Source of the DNA: a virus
Taxonomy: Duplodnaviria > Caudoviricetes
Direction: 5' to 3' (one strand)
DNA: 57,160 nucleotides
IMG/VR virus record: IMGVR_UViG_3300022843_000014
Coordinates: 1 to 57,160 of that record
The number at the start of each line of letters is the position of its first letter. Within the stretch, counting starts at the first letter, position 1. Position numbers and translations under genes: made by a program. Shown one piece after another: positions 10,590-21,042 of the stretch. Below the pieces are notes generated by a model. That model was not told the origin of the DNA. It was given only the letters and a program-made list of their open reading frames with translations, and searched no databases.

Positions 10590-10841
10590 ATGGAAGAATT
10601 TAACACCTTTAGAAAGTACTTAATGGAAGGGGAAATTGGAGAAGAAAATATTCCTTCTTTCCTTAATAAAAAAAAGAAAGAATTAAACCAAGTTTTAGAA
10701 GATAACACTTTAGTAGATTTACTTAAATTTTTTGGGGAATATTATACCAATACACCCCCAATAAAAAGACTATTTACTTCAAGTTATAAACAATTAGAAA
10801 AAATTAAAGAAGAACTACCTCGATATCAAGCTATTAGATAA
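10590..10841 (+). CDS. Small putative capsid-internal protein
   Basis: N-terminal FRKYLME leader shared with 32454..33014 (FRKYLVE). Confidence 0.5.
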   Translation: MEEFNTFRKYLMEGEIGEENIPSFLNKKKKELNQVLEDNTLVDLLKFFGEYYTNTPPIKRLFTSSYKQLEKIKEELPRYQAIR

Positions 10842-10880
10842 ATACTTTTCTTCGGACGCTACCGACGGATTAGAAACATT

Positions 10881-10903
10881 AGACGCTTATTTTAGCGTCT
10901 TTT
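10881..10903 (+). terminator. Intrinsic terminator
   Basis: AGACGCT-ATTTT-AGCGTCT followed by TTT. Confidence 0.6.
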
Positions 10904-11034
10904 GTGTTCTTAATAAGTTACCACATACGTATGACTGTAATACATCATGATTATTCTTATATGATGTTAAGTAAATATTATTTCTATTACGGTTCTTAAT
11001 AACCGTATTTCACAAACTAAATTTTGAGATTATT

Positions 11035-12069
11035 ATGACAAACAACAGAGATTTGTTAAAAGAAGCAATCGCCGATGCTAAAGCAGTTAAAGAAACCGCT
11101 ATTGCGAATGCAAAACTTGCCCTAGAGGAAGCTTTTACCCCCTATTTAAAAAACCAACTATCTGCTAAACTGCAAGAGATGGACCATGAAGACGACATGA
11201 AAAAACCAGAACCAACCAAAAAAGTTAAAGAAGGCGAAGAGGAAGATTTTGACCTTGAAGAACTATTAGCTGAAATGGAAATGGATGGTGAAGAAATGGA
11301 AGAAGAAATGGATATGGATATGGGAGATGATATGAGAGACGATGATATGGATATGGACAACGAGGATGTTGATCTTGAAGACCTATCAGAAGACGACCTT
11401 AAATCCTTTATAGAGGATGTTATTAAGGATATGGTAGCATCAGGAGAAATTGAGCCCGGAGACGATTTTGAATCCGAAGATATGGAAGACATGGAAGACA
11501 TGGATGACATGGAAGATATGGATGTAGAAATCGATGAAATACTCAATGAAGATTCTGAACTAGGCGAGGATGCTAGATCAGATGCCGCTGCAAGAGGTTT
11601 TGAAAACATAGTTAGTAGCCTAAAAAAATTGGTAGATGCTGCTGGCCCTATGGCTAAAAAAGCAAAAGAAGCTTTAGAAGTATTAGGTAGTGCCGCAGGA
11701 TCAGCAATACGTGCTGAAGAAATGGACGGAATGGATGAACTTAGACAAGAACTTCAAGAAGTTAATCTCTTAAACGCTAAATTGCTTTATACTAATAAAA
11801 TTTTTAAAGCTAAAAACCTAACTGAAAGTAAAAAAATCAAGGTATTAAAAGCTTTTGATAATGCCACTGATGTTAAACAAGCAAAAGCCATTTATGAAAC
11901 ATTAAATGAAGGTATTGTAAATATTACTACAAATTCAAGGGTTAATGAATCAGTTAGAAGAGGTTTAGCTTCAAAGGCTAGTGGTTTAGAACCAAAGTCT
12001 AGTAGAAAACCAATTCTAGAATCAAACGAGGTATATGATCGTATGCGTAAGCTAGCGGGATTAATCTAA
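11035..12069 (+). CDS. Prohead scaffolding protein (gp22-like)
   Basis: Very acidic D/E/M-rich core with coiled coils, immediately upstream of the MCP; C-terminal RMRKLAGLI. Confidence 0.8.
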   Translation: MTNNRDLLKEAIADAKAVKETAIANAKLALEEAFTPYLKNQLSAKLQEMDHEDDMKKPEPTKKVKEGEEEDFDLEELLAEMEMDGEEMEEEMDMDMGDDMRDDDMDMDNEDVDLEDLSEDDLKSFIEDVIKDMVASGEIEPGDDFESEDMEDMEDMDDMEDMDVEIDEILNEDSELGEDARSDAAARGFENIVSSLKKLVDAAGPMAKKAKEALEVLGSAAGSAIRAEEMDGMDELRQELQEVNLLNAKLLYTNKIFKAKNLTESKKIKVLKAFDNATDVKQAKAIYETLNEGIVNITTNSRVNESVRRGLASKASGLEPKSSRKPILESNEVYDRMRKLAGLI

Positions 12070-12100
12070 AAAACAATTTAAAATTTAAAAAACAAACAAC

Positions 12101-13771
12101 ATGAGCTTAAATTCATTATTAGAAAGCGCAAACCCATATCATACTATGCAGTCTGATGCGGCCAGATTATCTGGAAAATGGGCAAAAACAGGTCTTCTAG
12201 AAGGTCTAGAAGGCACCAACAAAACTAACATGAGTATCATATTAGAAAGCCAAGCTAAGCAGTTGGTAGTAGAATCATCCCAAACAGGTGGTGGTGCTGC
12301 ATCATCAGGTACATTCCAATCACAAACAGCTGTTAACACAGGTGGTCAGTGGGCTGGTGTTGCTTTGCCTTTAGTAAGAAAAGTATTTGGACAAATCGCA
12401 GCGAAAGAATTCGTTTCGGTTCAACCAATGAATCTACCTTCAGGTCTTGTATTTTTCCTAGATTTCCAATATGGAAGTGACAAAACACCATTTGCAGCAG
12501 GATCTTCTTTATATGGTAATGCTTCTGCAAAAACAGCACCATTTGGAAATGAAACAGAAGGTGGATTATTCGGAGCAGGTCGTTTTGGTTATTCTGTAAA
12601 CAATACACAGTCAGTTGAAACTGGTCTTGTAGCCACAGTAGCTACTTGGGGTGACATGAATTATGACTCTAACTTCTCAGCATCGGCACAAGCCCAGGAA
12701 TATTGGAAGATATTGGTCCCAGTAGCTGATTTAGATTTTGTAGACAAAGATGGTGTAGCAGCATTTCAACTAGTACCAGGAAATAGTGCAGATGCCTACA
12801 AACAAGGAACACCAGGTGTTCAAGTATCCGCTTTTACAAAGCAAGTTGATGGTAATGTTGTTTTTATAGCTTCTAAGGCAGCAACAGAAGCTACTATAGC
12901 AGAAATTGCAGCTGAGAATTTTGCAGTTGTTTATCAAATTCAACCAACAGATCAATTTAGAGGAGATTTTGAAGACAATAACCCAGAACCAAATTCACTA
13001 AACTCACCTTCAATCGCTATTCCAGAAATTAATGTTCAGATGAAATCATCTGCCATTGTAGCGAAAACTCGTAAGCTAAAAGCTGTTTGGACTCCAGAGT
13101 TTGCACAGGATTTAAATGCTTACCATGCTTTAGATGCCGAGGCTGAATTAACTTCTATATTGAGTGAGTATATCTCCCTAGAAATAGATTTAGAAATACT
13201 TTCTATGTTGATGGAAAATGCAGCAGCAGGAACTGAAGTATGGTCTGCCGTAAATAATCAATCAATTACATCTGGGGGAGGCATTAACGATAGTTTAGGA
13301 TTTTTTAATTCTCAAGGACAATGGTTCCAAACATTAGGAACTAAAATCCAAAAGTTAAGTAACATTATCCACCAGAAAACATTAAGAGGTGGTGCAAACT
13401 TCCTAGTATGTTCTCCAGCTGTAGGAACTATCATGGAATCAATCCCAGGATTTGCTGCTGATACTGATGGTGATGCTGCTAAAGCAACTTATGCATTTGG
13501 TGTACAAAAAGTAGGTCAATTAAACGGACGTTACAAAGTGTACAAAAACCCATACATGACTGAAAACGTAATTCTATTAGGATTTAGAGGATCTCAATTC
13601 TTGGAAACAGGCGCGGTTTTTGCACCTTACATTCCATTAATAATGACTCCACTTATCTATGACCCAGAAACTTTCACACCGAGAAAAGGTTTACTTACTC
13701 GTTATGCTAAGAAAATGGTTCGTCCAGAATTCTATGCGACTATTCAGGTAGCTGGTTTAAATACTTTATAG
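12101..13771 (+). CDS. Major capsid protein (T4 gp23-like)
   Basis: VQPMNLPSGLVF, AKTRKLKAVWTPEFAQDLNAYHALDAEAEL, APYIPL and TRYA motifs. Confidence 0.97.
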   Translation: MSLNSLLESANPYHTMQSDAARLSGKWAKTGLLEGLEGTNKTNMSIILESQAKQLVVESSQTGGGAASSGTFQSQTAVNTGGQWAGVALPLVRKVFGQIAAKEFVSVQPMNLPSGLVFFLDFQYGSDKTPFAAGSSLYGNASAKTAPFGNETEGGLFGAGRFGYSVNNTQSVETGLVATVATWGDMNYDSNFSASAQAQEYWKILVPVADLDFVDKDGVAAFQLVPGNSADAYKQGTPGVQVSAFTKQVDGNVVFIASKAATEATIAEIAAENFAVVYQIQPTDQFRGDFEDNNPEPNSLNSPSIAIPEINVQMKSSAIVAKTRKLKAVWTPEFAQDLNAYHALDAEAELTSILSEYISLEIDLEILSMLMENAAAGTEVWSAVNNQSITSGGGINDSLGFFNSQGQWFQTLGTKIQKLSNIIHQKTLRGGANFLVCSPAVGTIMESIPGFAADTDGDAAKATYAFGVQKVGQLNGRYKVYKNPYMTENVILLGFRGSQFLETGAVFAPYIPLIMTPLIYDPETFTPRKGLLTRYAKKMVRPEFYATIQVAGLNTL

Positions 13772-13800
13772 TATTAAAAATTAGTATATTATTGATAATT

Positions 13801-13826
13801 AAACCCGACTTAGGTCGGGTTTTTTT
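13801..13826 (+). terminator. Intrinsic terminator after MCP
   Basis: AAACCCGAC-TTAG-GTCGGGTTT followed by a T run. Confidence 0.85.
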
Positions 13827-13879
13827 ATCCTTTTTTAATATGTATAATAAGGCAATAACCACTAAGTTAAAAATAAAAT

Positions 13880-15055
13880 ATGAACATACCAATTTGGAAC
13901 GGAGTAAGTACATTTGCACCAGGTCAAACCCCATTTGGCTTCTATGATTCACAATCCGATTTTGTTGTTGATGCAAATAAAGTCGCTAATTTTTGTGCTC
14001 AAAGAATGGGATTTCCCCTAGTAGATGTAGAATTACAGTCGGGGTCATTTTTTACAGCATTCGAGGAGGCTATAACCACATATGGTAACGAAATTTATGC
14101 GTATAAAATACGAGATAATCAATTATCTATTGATGGGTTACCAACCGCATCCCTTTTAAATACTGCACTTATAACACCAAGCTTTGAGCCAATAGTTAGG
14201 TTATCTGAACAATATGGAGCCGAAGCAGGTAGTGGAGGAAATGTTCCACATTATTCAGGTTCGTTTGCTTTAACTTCTAGTGTACAAGATTATAATTTTT
14301 CAACATTCATGACCTCTAGTGGACTTACGGGTTCAGAATATATTCATGGTATAGAAGTAAAAAAAGTATTTTATGAAACCAATTACCCAGCAGCATCAAG
14401 ATTCCTAGGGACAAATAATGGTTTTGGTTTTGGGGGTGTTATAGCCTCTGGAGTAATGGGTCTAGGTGGGTTTGGAGCTGAAGGAGGTTATCTAATGGCC
14501 CCCTTAAATTATGACATAGCAGTAATTCAGCAAATAGAAATGAGTGAAACTATTAGAAGGAATCAATACTCATTCGAAATAAGAAATGATAACCTAAGAA
14601 TATTCCCAATTCCTAATTTTTCTTTTAGTGAAAATACCGATTCTCGAATATGGTTTGAATATATCTTAAGAGATGAAAGAATTACGGGTGCGGTTAAGCA
14701 AACACCCAACAACGTTACTAATGTATCAAATTCTCCATATGGTAATCCTAACTATAATCAAATTAATTCCGTTGGTAGACAATGGATATTTGAGTATACT
14801 TTAGCTTTATCCAAAGAAATGTTGGGGTATGTAAGAGGTAAATACGGTACTATACCCATCCCTAATTCAGATGTAACATTAAATCAATCAGATTTAATCG
14901 CAGCAGCAACCTCTGAAAAATCTACTTTAATTGAAAGATTAAGAACTTATTTAGATGAAACATCTAGAATGGCTTTATTAGAGAGAAGAGCTAAAGAAGG
15001 AGAATCAAAAATGTTGGAATTGCAAAAAGTTCCCTACACAATTTTTATAGGATAG
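13880..15055 (+). CDS. Neck protein (gp13-like)
   Basis: GFPLVDVEL and WIFEYTLALSKEMLG motifs; position after MCP. Confidence 0.75.
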   Translation: MNIPIWNGVSTFAPGQTPFGFYDSQSDFVVDANKVANFCAQRMGFPLVDVELQSGSFFTAFEEAITTYGNEIYAYKIRDNQLSIDGLPTASLLNTALITPSFEPIVRLSEQYGAEAGSGGNVPHYSGSFALTSSVQDYNFSTFMTSSGLTGSEYIHGIEVKKVFYETNYPAASRFLGTNNGFGFGGVIASGVMGLGGFGAEGGYLMAPLNYDIAVIQQIEMSETIRRNQYSFEIRNDNLRIFPIPNFSFSENTDSRIWFEYILRDERITGAVKQTPNNVTNVSNSPYGNPNYNQINSVGRQWIFEYTLALSKEMLGYVRGKYGTIPIPNSDVTLNQSDLIAAATSEKSTLIERLRTYLDETSRMALLERRAKEGESKMLELQKVPYTIFIG

Positions 15056-15056
15056 T

Positions 15057-15590
15057 ATGTGCGCAATGTTTACGGGACAAAGAGACGTTTCTCTTATACG
15101 AAAATTTAATAGAGAGTTGATGGGGAACATTATAACCCAACAATGTGCCTTATATCAGTTCAAATTAGAAGAAACTAAGGTAAATCTTTATGGAGAGGCA
15201 TCCGAAGAAAAATACTATAATGGTCCTTTTTTGTTTAATGTTTTAATAGATAGAGAGGATCAACAATATTCAGGAGGAGAAGAAGGTGTACAATTTGAAC
15301 AAGGCATTAGCTTTTATTTTTTTAGAGATGATTTAGTAGATGCAAATGTTGAACCTCAAATAGGAGATATTGTATTATACGAAAATAAGTATTATGGAGT
15401 GCAAGGCACTATTGCTAACTACTATTGGGGTGGTAAAAACCCACAATATCCCAATAATGATTCCGATGGTACACCAAACCCACTAAACCCTGGTTTAGAA
15501 AAATTTGGTAACGTAATATCCATATTAGTAGCAACATATTATATCCCAAGTGATAAAGTAGCAATATCCCCTAACATTGAAAGAATGTAA
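15057..15590 (+). CDS. Neck/head-closure protein (gp14-like)
   Basis: NLYGE and PQIGDIV motifs; synteny. Confidence 0.6.
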   Translation: MCAMFTGQRDVSLIRKFNRELMGNIITQQCALYQFKLEETKVNLYGEASEEKYYNGPFLFNVLIDREDQQYSGGEEGVQFEQGISFYFFRDDLVDANVEPQIGDIVLYENKYYGVQGTIANYYWGGKNPQYPNNDSDGTPNPLNPGLEKFGNVISILVATYYIPSDKVAISPNIERM

Positions 15591-16498
15591 TGTCAAAACC
15601 TAGAAAACCCATACCAAAAACTCAATTAGCCTTAAGTACCAGCAAGCAAACAGCTTTTGAAGGAATAGAAAACAGAGGATCATTAGGTAACCCCAATGAT
15701 TCGATAATGCCTTCAAACCCTAATTACACTGAAACTGGTGTTAATATTAATAGGTCGTCACAAATAAGCTTTAAAAATGATACTACTAAACAATATTCGG
15801 TTGGTATAAAGGATATTGATGAAGCCATGTTTTTTTATTTTGAGAATGTAATTAAGCCTTTTGTTTATCAAAATGGAGAACGTAGAGAAGTACCTATAAT
15901 ATATGGTGCTCCTGAAAGATGGAAATCATTCCAGCGTGATGGGTATTACAGAGATAAAAGTGGGGCGATTATGCTTCCTATTATAGTAATAAAAAGAGAT
16001 TCTCTAACTAAAGATAGATCGATAGCCAATAAACTAGATGCCAATATGCCTAACTTATATGGGCAATGGTCTAAAGAATTTAGTTCCAAAAATATTTATG
16101 GTAACTTTAGTGCTTTAAACAATAGAAAACCAGTAGAAAAATTTCATATAGTAGCCCAACCTGATTATGTTACTCTAGAGTATAGTGTTATCATTCAAAC
16201 TTACTATATGGAGCAACTAAATAAAATAATAGAAGCATGTGAGTATGCATCCGATGCTTACTGGGGGAATCCTGAGAGATTTCAATTTAGAGCCTTCATA
16301 GACAGTTTTGCCACTTCTACAGAATTAACCCAAGGAAAGGATAGGCTAGTAAAATCCACATTTAATATTAAATTAAGGGGATATATATTACCCGATACTA
16401 TACAAAAAGAATTAAATTCTACCCGAGTATACAATTCAAAAGCAAAAGTAACAATAACAACAGAAACCGTAAATAATATCGAAGACATCGATTTTTAA
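15590..16498 (+). CDS. Tail terminator/sheath stabilizer (gp15-like)
   Basis: VPIIYG..ERW and LP motifs; synteny. Confidence 0.6.
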   Translation: MSKPRKPIPKTQLALSTSKQTAFEGIENRGSLGNPNDSIMPSNPNYTETGVNINRSSQISFKNDTTKQYSVGIKDIDEAMFFYFENVIKPFVYQNGERREVPIIYGAPERWKSFQRDGYYRDKSGAIMLPIIVIKRDSLTKDRSIANKLDANMPNLYGQWSKEFSSKNIYGNFSALNNRKPVEKFHIVAQPDYVTLEYSVIIQTYYMEQLNKIIEACEYASDAYWGNPERFQFRAFIDSFATSTELTQGKDRLVKSTFNIKLRGYILPDTIQKELNSTRVYNSKAKVTITTETVNNIEDIDF

Positions 16499-16535
16499 AT
16501 AATTTTTACATATTTATCATCAAAATAGTTTATAT

Positions 16536-16787
16536 ATGAAAAGTCAAACGTTATCACCAGAAGAGTTACAAATACTTCAAGATTATCAATCACAAAACAA
16601 CCAAAATGTTTTAATGTTAGGTAATATAGAATTACAATTAAATATTTTAACTCGCCAAAAAACAGAATTACTAAAAGAATTTCAAACTCTATTAGAAGAA
16701 CAACAAGCAACCGGTAAAAAATTACAAGATAAATACGGTGAAGGTAACATAAATTTAGAAGATGGAAGTTTTGTTCCAATAGAGTAA
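16536..16787 (+). CDS. Small coiled-coil hypothetical protein
   Basis: Q/L-rich heptads; C-terminal KYGEGNINLEDG. Confidence 0.6.
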   Translation: MKSQTLSPEELQILQDYQSQNNQNVLMLGNIELQLNILTRQKTELLKEFQTLLEEQQATGKKLQDKYGEGNINLEDGSFVPIE

Positions 16788-16807
16788 ATTTTTGAAATAT
16801 TTTTTAA

Positions 16808-16815
16808 TATTTATA
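16808..16815 (+). promoter_or_regulatory. Putative late promoter motif TAT(T/G)TATA, representative copy
   Basis: TATTTATA at 1161, 4024, 5955, 16808, 19701, 21332, 23764, 50726, 51305, 52849; TATGTATA at 7573, 9885, 13839, 19669, 20276, 31933; mostly shortly upstream of structural gene starts. Confidence 0.7.
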
Positions 16816-16844
16816 ACAAACAAAAACAAATAAACATACAAACA

Positions 16845-18875
16845 ATGGCAGAAACATTAATATCTCCAGGTGTATTAACAAGAGAAAACGATTCATCCTT
16901 TATAGGTTCTAGACCTGTTACCTTTGGAGCAGCCGTGATAGGTCCTGCAGTTATGGGACCTGTTGGTATCCCGACAGGTGTATCTACTTTCTCTCAATAT
17001 GAAGCCATATTTGGAGGATCCGTAGAAAGTGGATCTCAGCAGTACACCTACTTAAATTCTATATCCGCAAGAAATTATTTTGCTCAAGGAGGACAATCTC
17101 TACTAGTAACACGTGTTGTTACTGGTTCTTTTTTGGAAGCTATTACTTCAGTTAGTAGTCTTTTGACAAATGGTGGTTTAAAAGCAGGAACAAACTCATT
17201 ACTAGGTTCAATAACTAACACACCCAATATTACAGGTAGTGAAGGAGGAACAACATCAGATGTAGTAATTGTAGGTGATAATGGTTCAGAAGCATTAGCT
17301 ACAGTTGTAATTGCTCCACAACTAGCATCAGCAACAACTTCAATAGTTACTAGTGTAACAATTACTACTCCAGGAACAGGATATGAAGTAGGAGATATTG
17401 TAGTAATGGAATCATCATCATTAGGAGCTAATGTAGGTGGTGGTACTAATGTGCAATACACCCTAACAACTAATGATTTAGCTTACACCCCTTCATTTAG
17501 TATTAAAACAATATCGGAGGGTGTAATAATGAATAATGAACAAGGAGCAGATTCTGCAAATGGAACACTAGATAGTGGTTCTGCTAATAATCTTAGATTA
17601 GAGATCTCATCCGTAAACACTTCTTCAGGTCAGTTTTCACTATTAGTAAGAAGAGGAAATGATACAAATACACAGAAAGCTATATTGGAAACATATAGTA
17701 ATCTATCATTAGACCCTAATGCACCTAATTATATTTCAAAAGCAATTGGTGATACTTATTCTACAATAGAGCAAGATGGTACCGACTTTTTCGTAAGAAC
17801 AAATGGTAACTACCCACAAAGAAGCTCTTATATTTTTGTATCAGAGGTAAATTTACCAACTCCTTCTTATTTTGATAATAATGGAGCTGCAAAATCAGAA
17901 TTTACTTCTAGTTTACCATTCGTTCAATCAGGATCATTTAGTGGTGCTGTGGGTGTTAATTTTATGAATGGTAGTGTAGCTAAATTTAATGAAAATATAA
18001 CAGAAGACAACGTACAAGGTATTTCGCCTAATGACTACACACAGTCAATCAATTTATTAAGTAATTCAGATGATTATCAGTTTAATGTAATAACAGCACC
18101 TGGACTAAATTCACAATTACACCCTTCACAGACAACACGTTTAGTAACATTAGCCCAAGGTAGAACGGATTGTATAGCAGTAATTGATGTCGCGGGTTAT
18201 AACGCGTCAATCAACACAGTTACAACAGCTGCTAGTGCATTTGATAGCTCATATGCCGCTACTTACTGGCCGTGGTTACAAACGTTAGATGCACAGACAG
18301 GACAAATAGTATGGGCTCCAGCCTCTACATATATTCCTGCAGTTTACGCATTTACAGATGCGTCATCAGATCCATGGTTCGCACCCGCAGGTTTACTTAG
18401 AGGGGCTTTAGGAAGTGTAATAAGAGCAGAAAGAAGATTAACATCAGGTAATAGAGATACTTTATACGGTGCTAATGTTAATCCAATTGCAACATTCCCA
18501 GGAAGTGGAGTTGTAGTATTTGGCCAAAAAACACTACAGAAAAGAGATAGTGCATTAGACCGAGTAAATGTTCGTAGGTTATTAATATCACTTAAAGGAT
18601 TTATCACACAAGTATCAGATAACCTAGTATTTGAACAAAATACAAATGCCACAAGAAACAACTTCTTAGCAAATGTAAACCCCTACTTAGAATCGGTACA
18701 ACAAAGACAAGGATTATATGCTTTTAAAGTGGTAATGGATTCTACAAATAATTCACCGGATGTAATTGATAGAAATGAGTTAGTAGGTCAAATTTATCTA
18801 CAACCAACAAAAACAGCTGAATTTATTATACTAGATTTTAATGTTTTACCAACAGGGGTCCTTTTTCCTTCATAA
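16845..18875 (+). CDS. Tail sheath protein (gp18-like)
   Basis: SPGVLTRE N-terminus; PWFAPAG, NPI, GQKT, RVNVRRL and QPTKTAEFI motifs. Confidence 0.95.
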   Translation: MAETLISPGVLTRENDSSFIGSRPVTFGAAVIGPAVMGPVGIPTGVSTFSQYEAIFGGSVESGSQQYTYLNSISARNYFAQGGQSLLVTRVVTGSFLEAITSVSSLLTNGGLKAGTNSLLGSITNTPNITGSEGGTTSDVVIVGDNGSEALATVVIAPQLASATTSIVTSVTITTPGTGYEVGDIVVMESSSLGANVGGGTNVQYTLTTNDLAYTPSFSIKTISEGVIMNNEQGADSANGTLDSGSANNLRLEISSVNTSSGQFSLLVRRGNDTNTQKAILETYSNLSLDPNAPNYISKAIGDTYSTIEQDGTDFFVRTNGNYPQRSSYIFVSEVNLPTPSYFDNNGAAKSEFTSSLPFVQSGSFSGAVGVNFMNGSVAKFNENITEDNVQGISPNDYTQSINLLSNSDDYQFNVITAPGLNSQLHPSQTTRLVTLAQGRTDCIAVIDVAGYNASINTVTTAASAFDSSYAATYWPWLQTLDAQTGQIVWAPASTYIPAVYAFTDASSDPWFAPAGLLRGALGSVIRAERRLTSGNRDTLYGANVNPIATFPGSGVVVFGQKTLQKRDSALDRVNVRRLLISLKGFITQVSDNLVFEQNTNATRNNFLANVNPYLESVQQRQGLYAFKVVMDSTNNSPDVIDRNELVGQIYLQPTKTAEFIILDFNVLPTGVLFPS

Positions 18876-18944
18876 TATCTTTTAGTAGAATATTAATATT
18901 AATATCCTTTTACATATATATAACAAATGTAAAAGGATATTTCT

Positions 18945-19643
18945 ATGATTGTATATTTAACAAAAAATCTTATTAACGGTAAAAAGTATATAGGTAAGGA
19001 TTCACATAATAACCCCAACTATTTAGGGAGTGGTACCCTCTTATTGGAAGATATTAAAAAATATGGTAGGGAAAATTTTCAAAAAGAAATTTTAGAAGTA
19101 TGTTACTCTGATGAAGAATTAACATATCAAGAGTCATATTGGATTACACATTTCAATGCCACAAAATCGGATTCTTTTTATAATTTAGTGGATTTTAGTG
19201 GGGGGTGGAATATTCATAAGTTGGGTAAGAAAAAATATGATTTCATATGTAATAAAATTTCAATTTCTACCATAGGTATCCCAAAACCCTGGCTCAAAAT
19301 AGATAATAATAGAAAAGACAAACTACGTAAAGCTAATAAGGGTAAACCAAAACCTAAGGGGTTTGGGGAAAAAATTAGTAAAATGAAAAAAGGCAAAAAA
19401 TTACCCCCTTCCCATTGTAAATCCATATCTCAAGGAAAATTAGGTAAAAAACAACCTCAATCCTTTCTAGATAAAAAATATAAACCCATACAACAATTAG
19501 ACAAAGACAATAATGTAATACGTGAGTTTAAAAGCATAGAAGACGCTTCCACATATAGTTTAAACTTTAAAAGGAGTAACATTAGTTGTTGTTTAACGGG
19601 TGTTTCAAAAACGGCCTATGGTTTTAAATGGGTTTATAAATAG
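18945..19643 (+). CDS. GIY-YIG homing endonuclease with NUMOD-type C-terminal domains
   Basis: IVYLTKNLINGKKYIGK, YLGSG, FQKEILE; C-terminal ISCCLTG...TAYGFKW (NUMOD1-like). Confidence 0.88.
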   Translation: MIVYLTKNLINGKKYIGKDSHNNPNYLGSGTLLLEDIKKYGRENFQKEILEVCYSDEELTYQESYWITHFNATKSDSFYNLVDFSGGWNIHKLGKKKYDFICNKISISTIGIPKPWLKIDNNRKDKLRKANKGKPKPKGFGEKISKMKKGKKLPPSHCKSISQGKLGKKQPQSFLDKKYKPIQQLDKDNNVIREFKSIEDASTYSLNFKRSNISCCLTGVSKTAYGFKWVYK

Positions 19644-19724
19644 GAGGCAATCTACCCTCCTCCTATCATATGTATAATCGATAAAAACAATAACTTAGAA
19701 TATTTATAACAAAAATATATAACA

Positions 19725-20213
19725 ATGGCAGTATTAGACCCGAACGAAATATTTTACACAGCATTCGAACCAAAACAAAAGAATAGGTTTATACTGTATG
19801 TAGATGGAATCCCTTCATACCAAATTAAAGGTATGGGCGCAGTTTCATTAACCCAAGGTACAGTTCAATTGAACCATATCAACGTTGCAAGATACGTAAA
19901 AGGTAAAACACTTTGGAATACAATTTCAATGACGTTATTTGACCCTATTACTCCAAGTGGTGCACAAGCATGTATGGAATGGGTTAGATTACACCACGAA
20001 TCAGTAACAGGTAGAGATGGTTATAGTGATTTCTATAAAAAAGATTTAACTATGAACGTATTAGGACCTGTAGGTGATATCGTTTCAGAATGGATTATCA
20101 AAGGAGCTATGATTACTGAAGCAAACTTCGGAGATTACAGTTGGGATGATGAAAGTGCTGCTGTGGAAATATCACTAACCGTACAACCTGATTATTGCAT
20201 TTTGAACTTCTAG
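19725..20213 (+). CDS. Tail tube protein (gp19-like)
   Basis: EPKQKNRF N-terminus, 162 aa, follows sheath. Confidence 0.85.
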   Translation: MAVLDPNEIFYTAFEPKQKNRFILYVDGIPSYQIKGMGAVSLTQGTVQLNHINVARYVKGKTLWNTISMTLFDPITPSGAQACMEWVRLHHESVTGRDGYSDFYKKDLTMNVLGPVGDIVSEWIIKGAMITEANFGDYSWDDESAAVEISLTVQPDYCILNF

Positions 20214-20316
20214 GAAAACAATTAAATAATTTATCAAAACTGCTTGGCTTCGTGTCAAGCTTTTTGTATTTTATATATGTATAAACAAAATAACGTTTTA
20301 ATTAAATAAAGATTAT

Positions 20317-21042
20317 ATGAGTGATTACAAATTCCCCACAGAAGAAATTGAATTACCATCTAAAGGATTGATTTATCCTAAAGATAACCCTCTATCCAGT
20401 GGTAAGATAGAAATTAAATATATGACAGCTAAGGAAGAAGACATTTTATCAAATCAAGCCTATATTAAAAAAGGTAATGTTTTAGATAAATTATTAGCTT
20501 CTGTCATTATATCCAAAATAGAAATAAAAGATTTAGTAGTTGGAGATAAAAATGCTGTTTTAATTGCTACCCGTATTTTAGGATACGGTAAAAATTATAA
20601 AGTAGTAATTAAAGGTGAAGAACAAATTATTGACTTATCGATTCTTGAAAATAAACCGTTTAATGAAAAAGACATTACCCCAGGCAAAAATGAGTTCAAC
20701 TTTACCCTACCTAGTACAGGAGTAGATATTACTTATAAAATCTTAACGGGGCATGACGAAGTTAAAATAGATAACGAAGTATCTGGTCTTAAAAGATTAT
20801 ATAAAGATGCCTCACCTGAATTATCTACCCGTTTAAAATACATAATAACATCAGTTGGAGGTGAAACCGGTACCAAAGAAATTAGAGAATATGTTGATAA
20901 TTATTTATTAGCAATGGATTCACGTTCTCTTAGAGAGCATATTAAAGCTACTCAACCCGATGTTAATTTAAATTATATTCTGGATAATGGAGAGGAGGTA
21001 AGTATTCCTATTGGAATTAACTTTTTTTGGCCTGACATCTAG
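20317..21042 (+). CDS. Baseplate hub assembly/tail assembly chaperone (gp26-like)
   Basis: ELPSKG, MTAKEEDIL and C-terminal NFFWP motifs; between tube and tape measure. Confidence 0.7.
   Translation: MSDYKFPTEEIELPSKGLIYPKDNPLSSGKIEIKYMTAKEEDILSNQAYIKKGNVLDKLLASVIISKIEIKDLVVGDKNAVLIATRILGYGKNYKVVIKGEEQIIDLSILENKPFNEKDITPGKNEFNFTLPSTGVDITYKILTGHDEVKIDNEVSGLKRLYKDASPELSTRLKYIITSVGGETGTKEIREYVDNYLLAMDSRSLREHIKATQPDVNLNYILDNGEEVSIPIGINFFWPDI

Noticed and set aside
11260-11530. GAYATG-type short tandem repeats
   Set aside because: They only reflect the low-complexity D/M/E region of the scaffolding protein.
9905-19643. Group I introns around the HNH and GIY-YIG genes
   Set aside because: Flanking genes (protease, scaffold, sheath, tube) appear complete and no intron core is visible; the endonucleases are free-standing.
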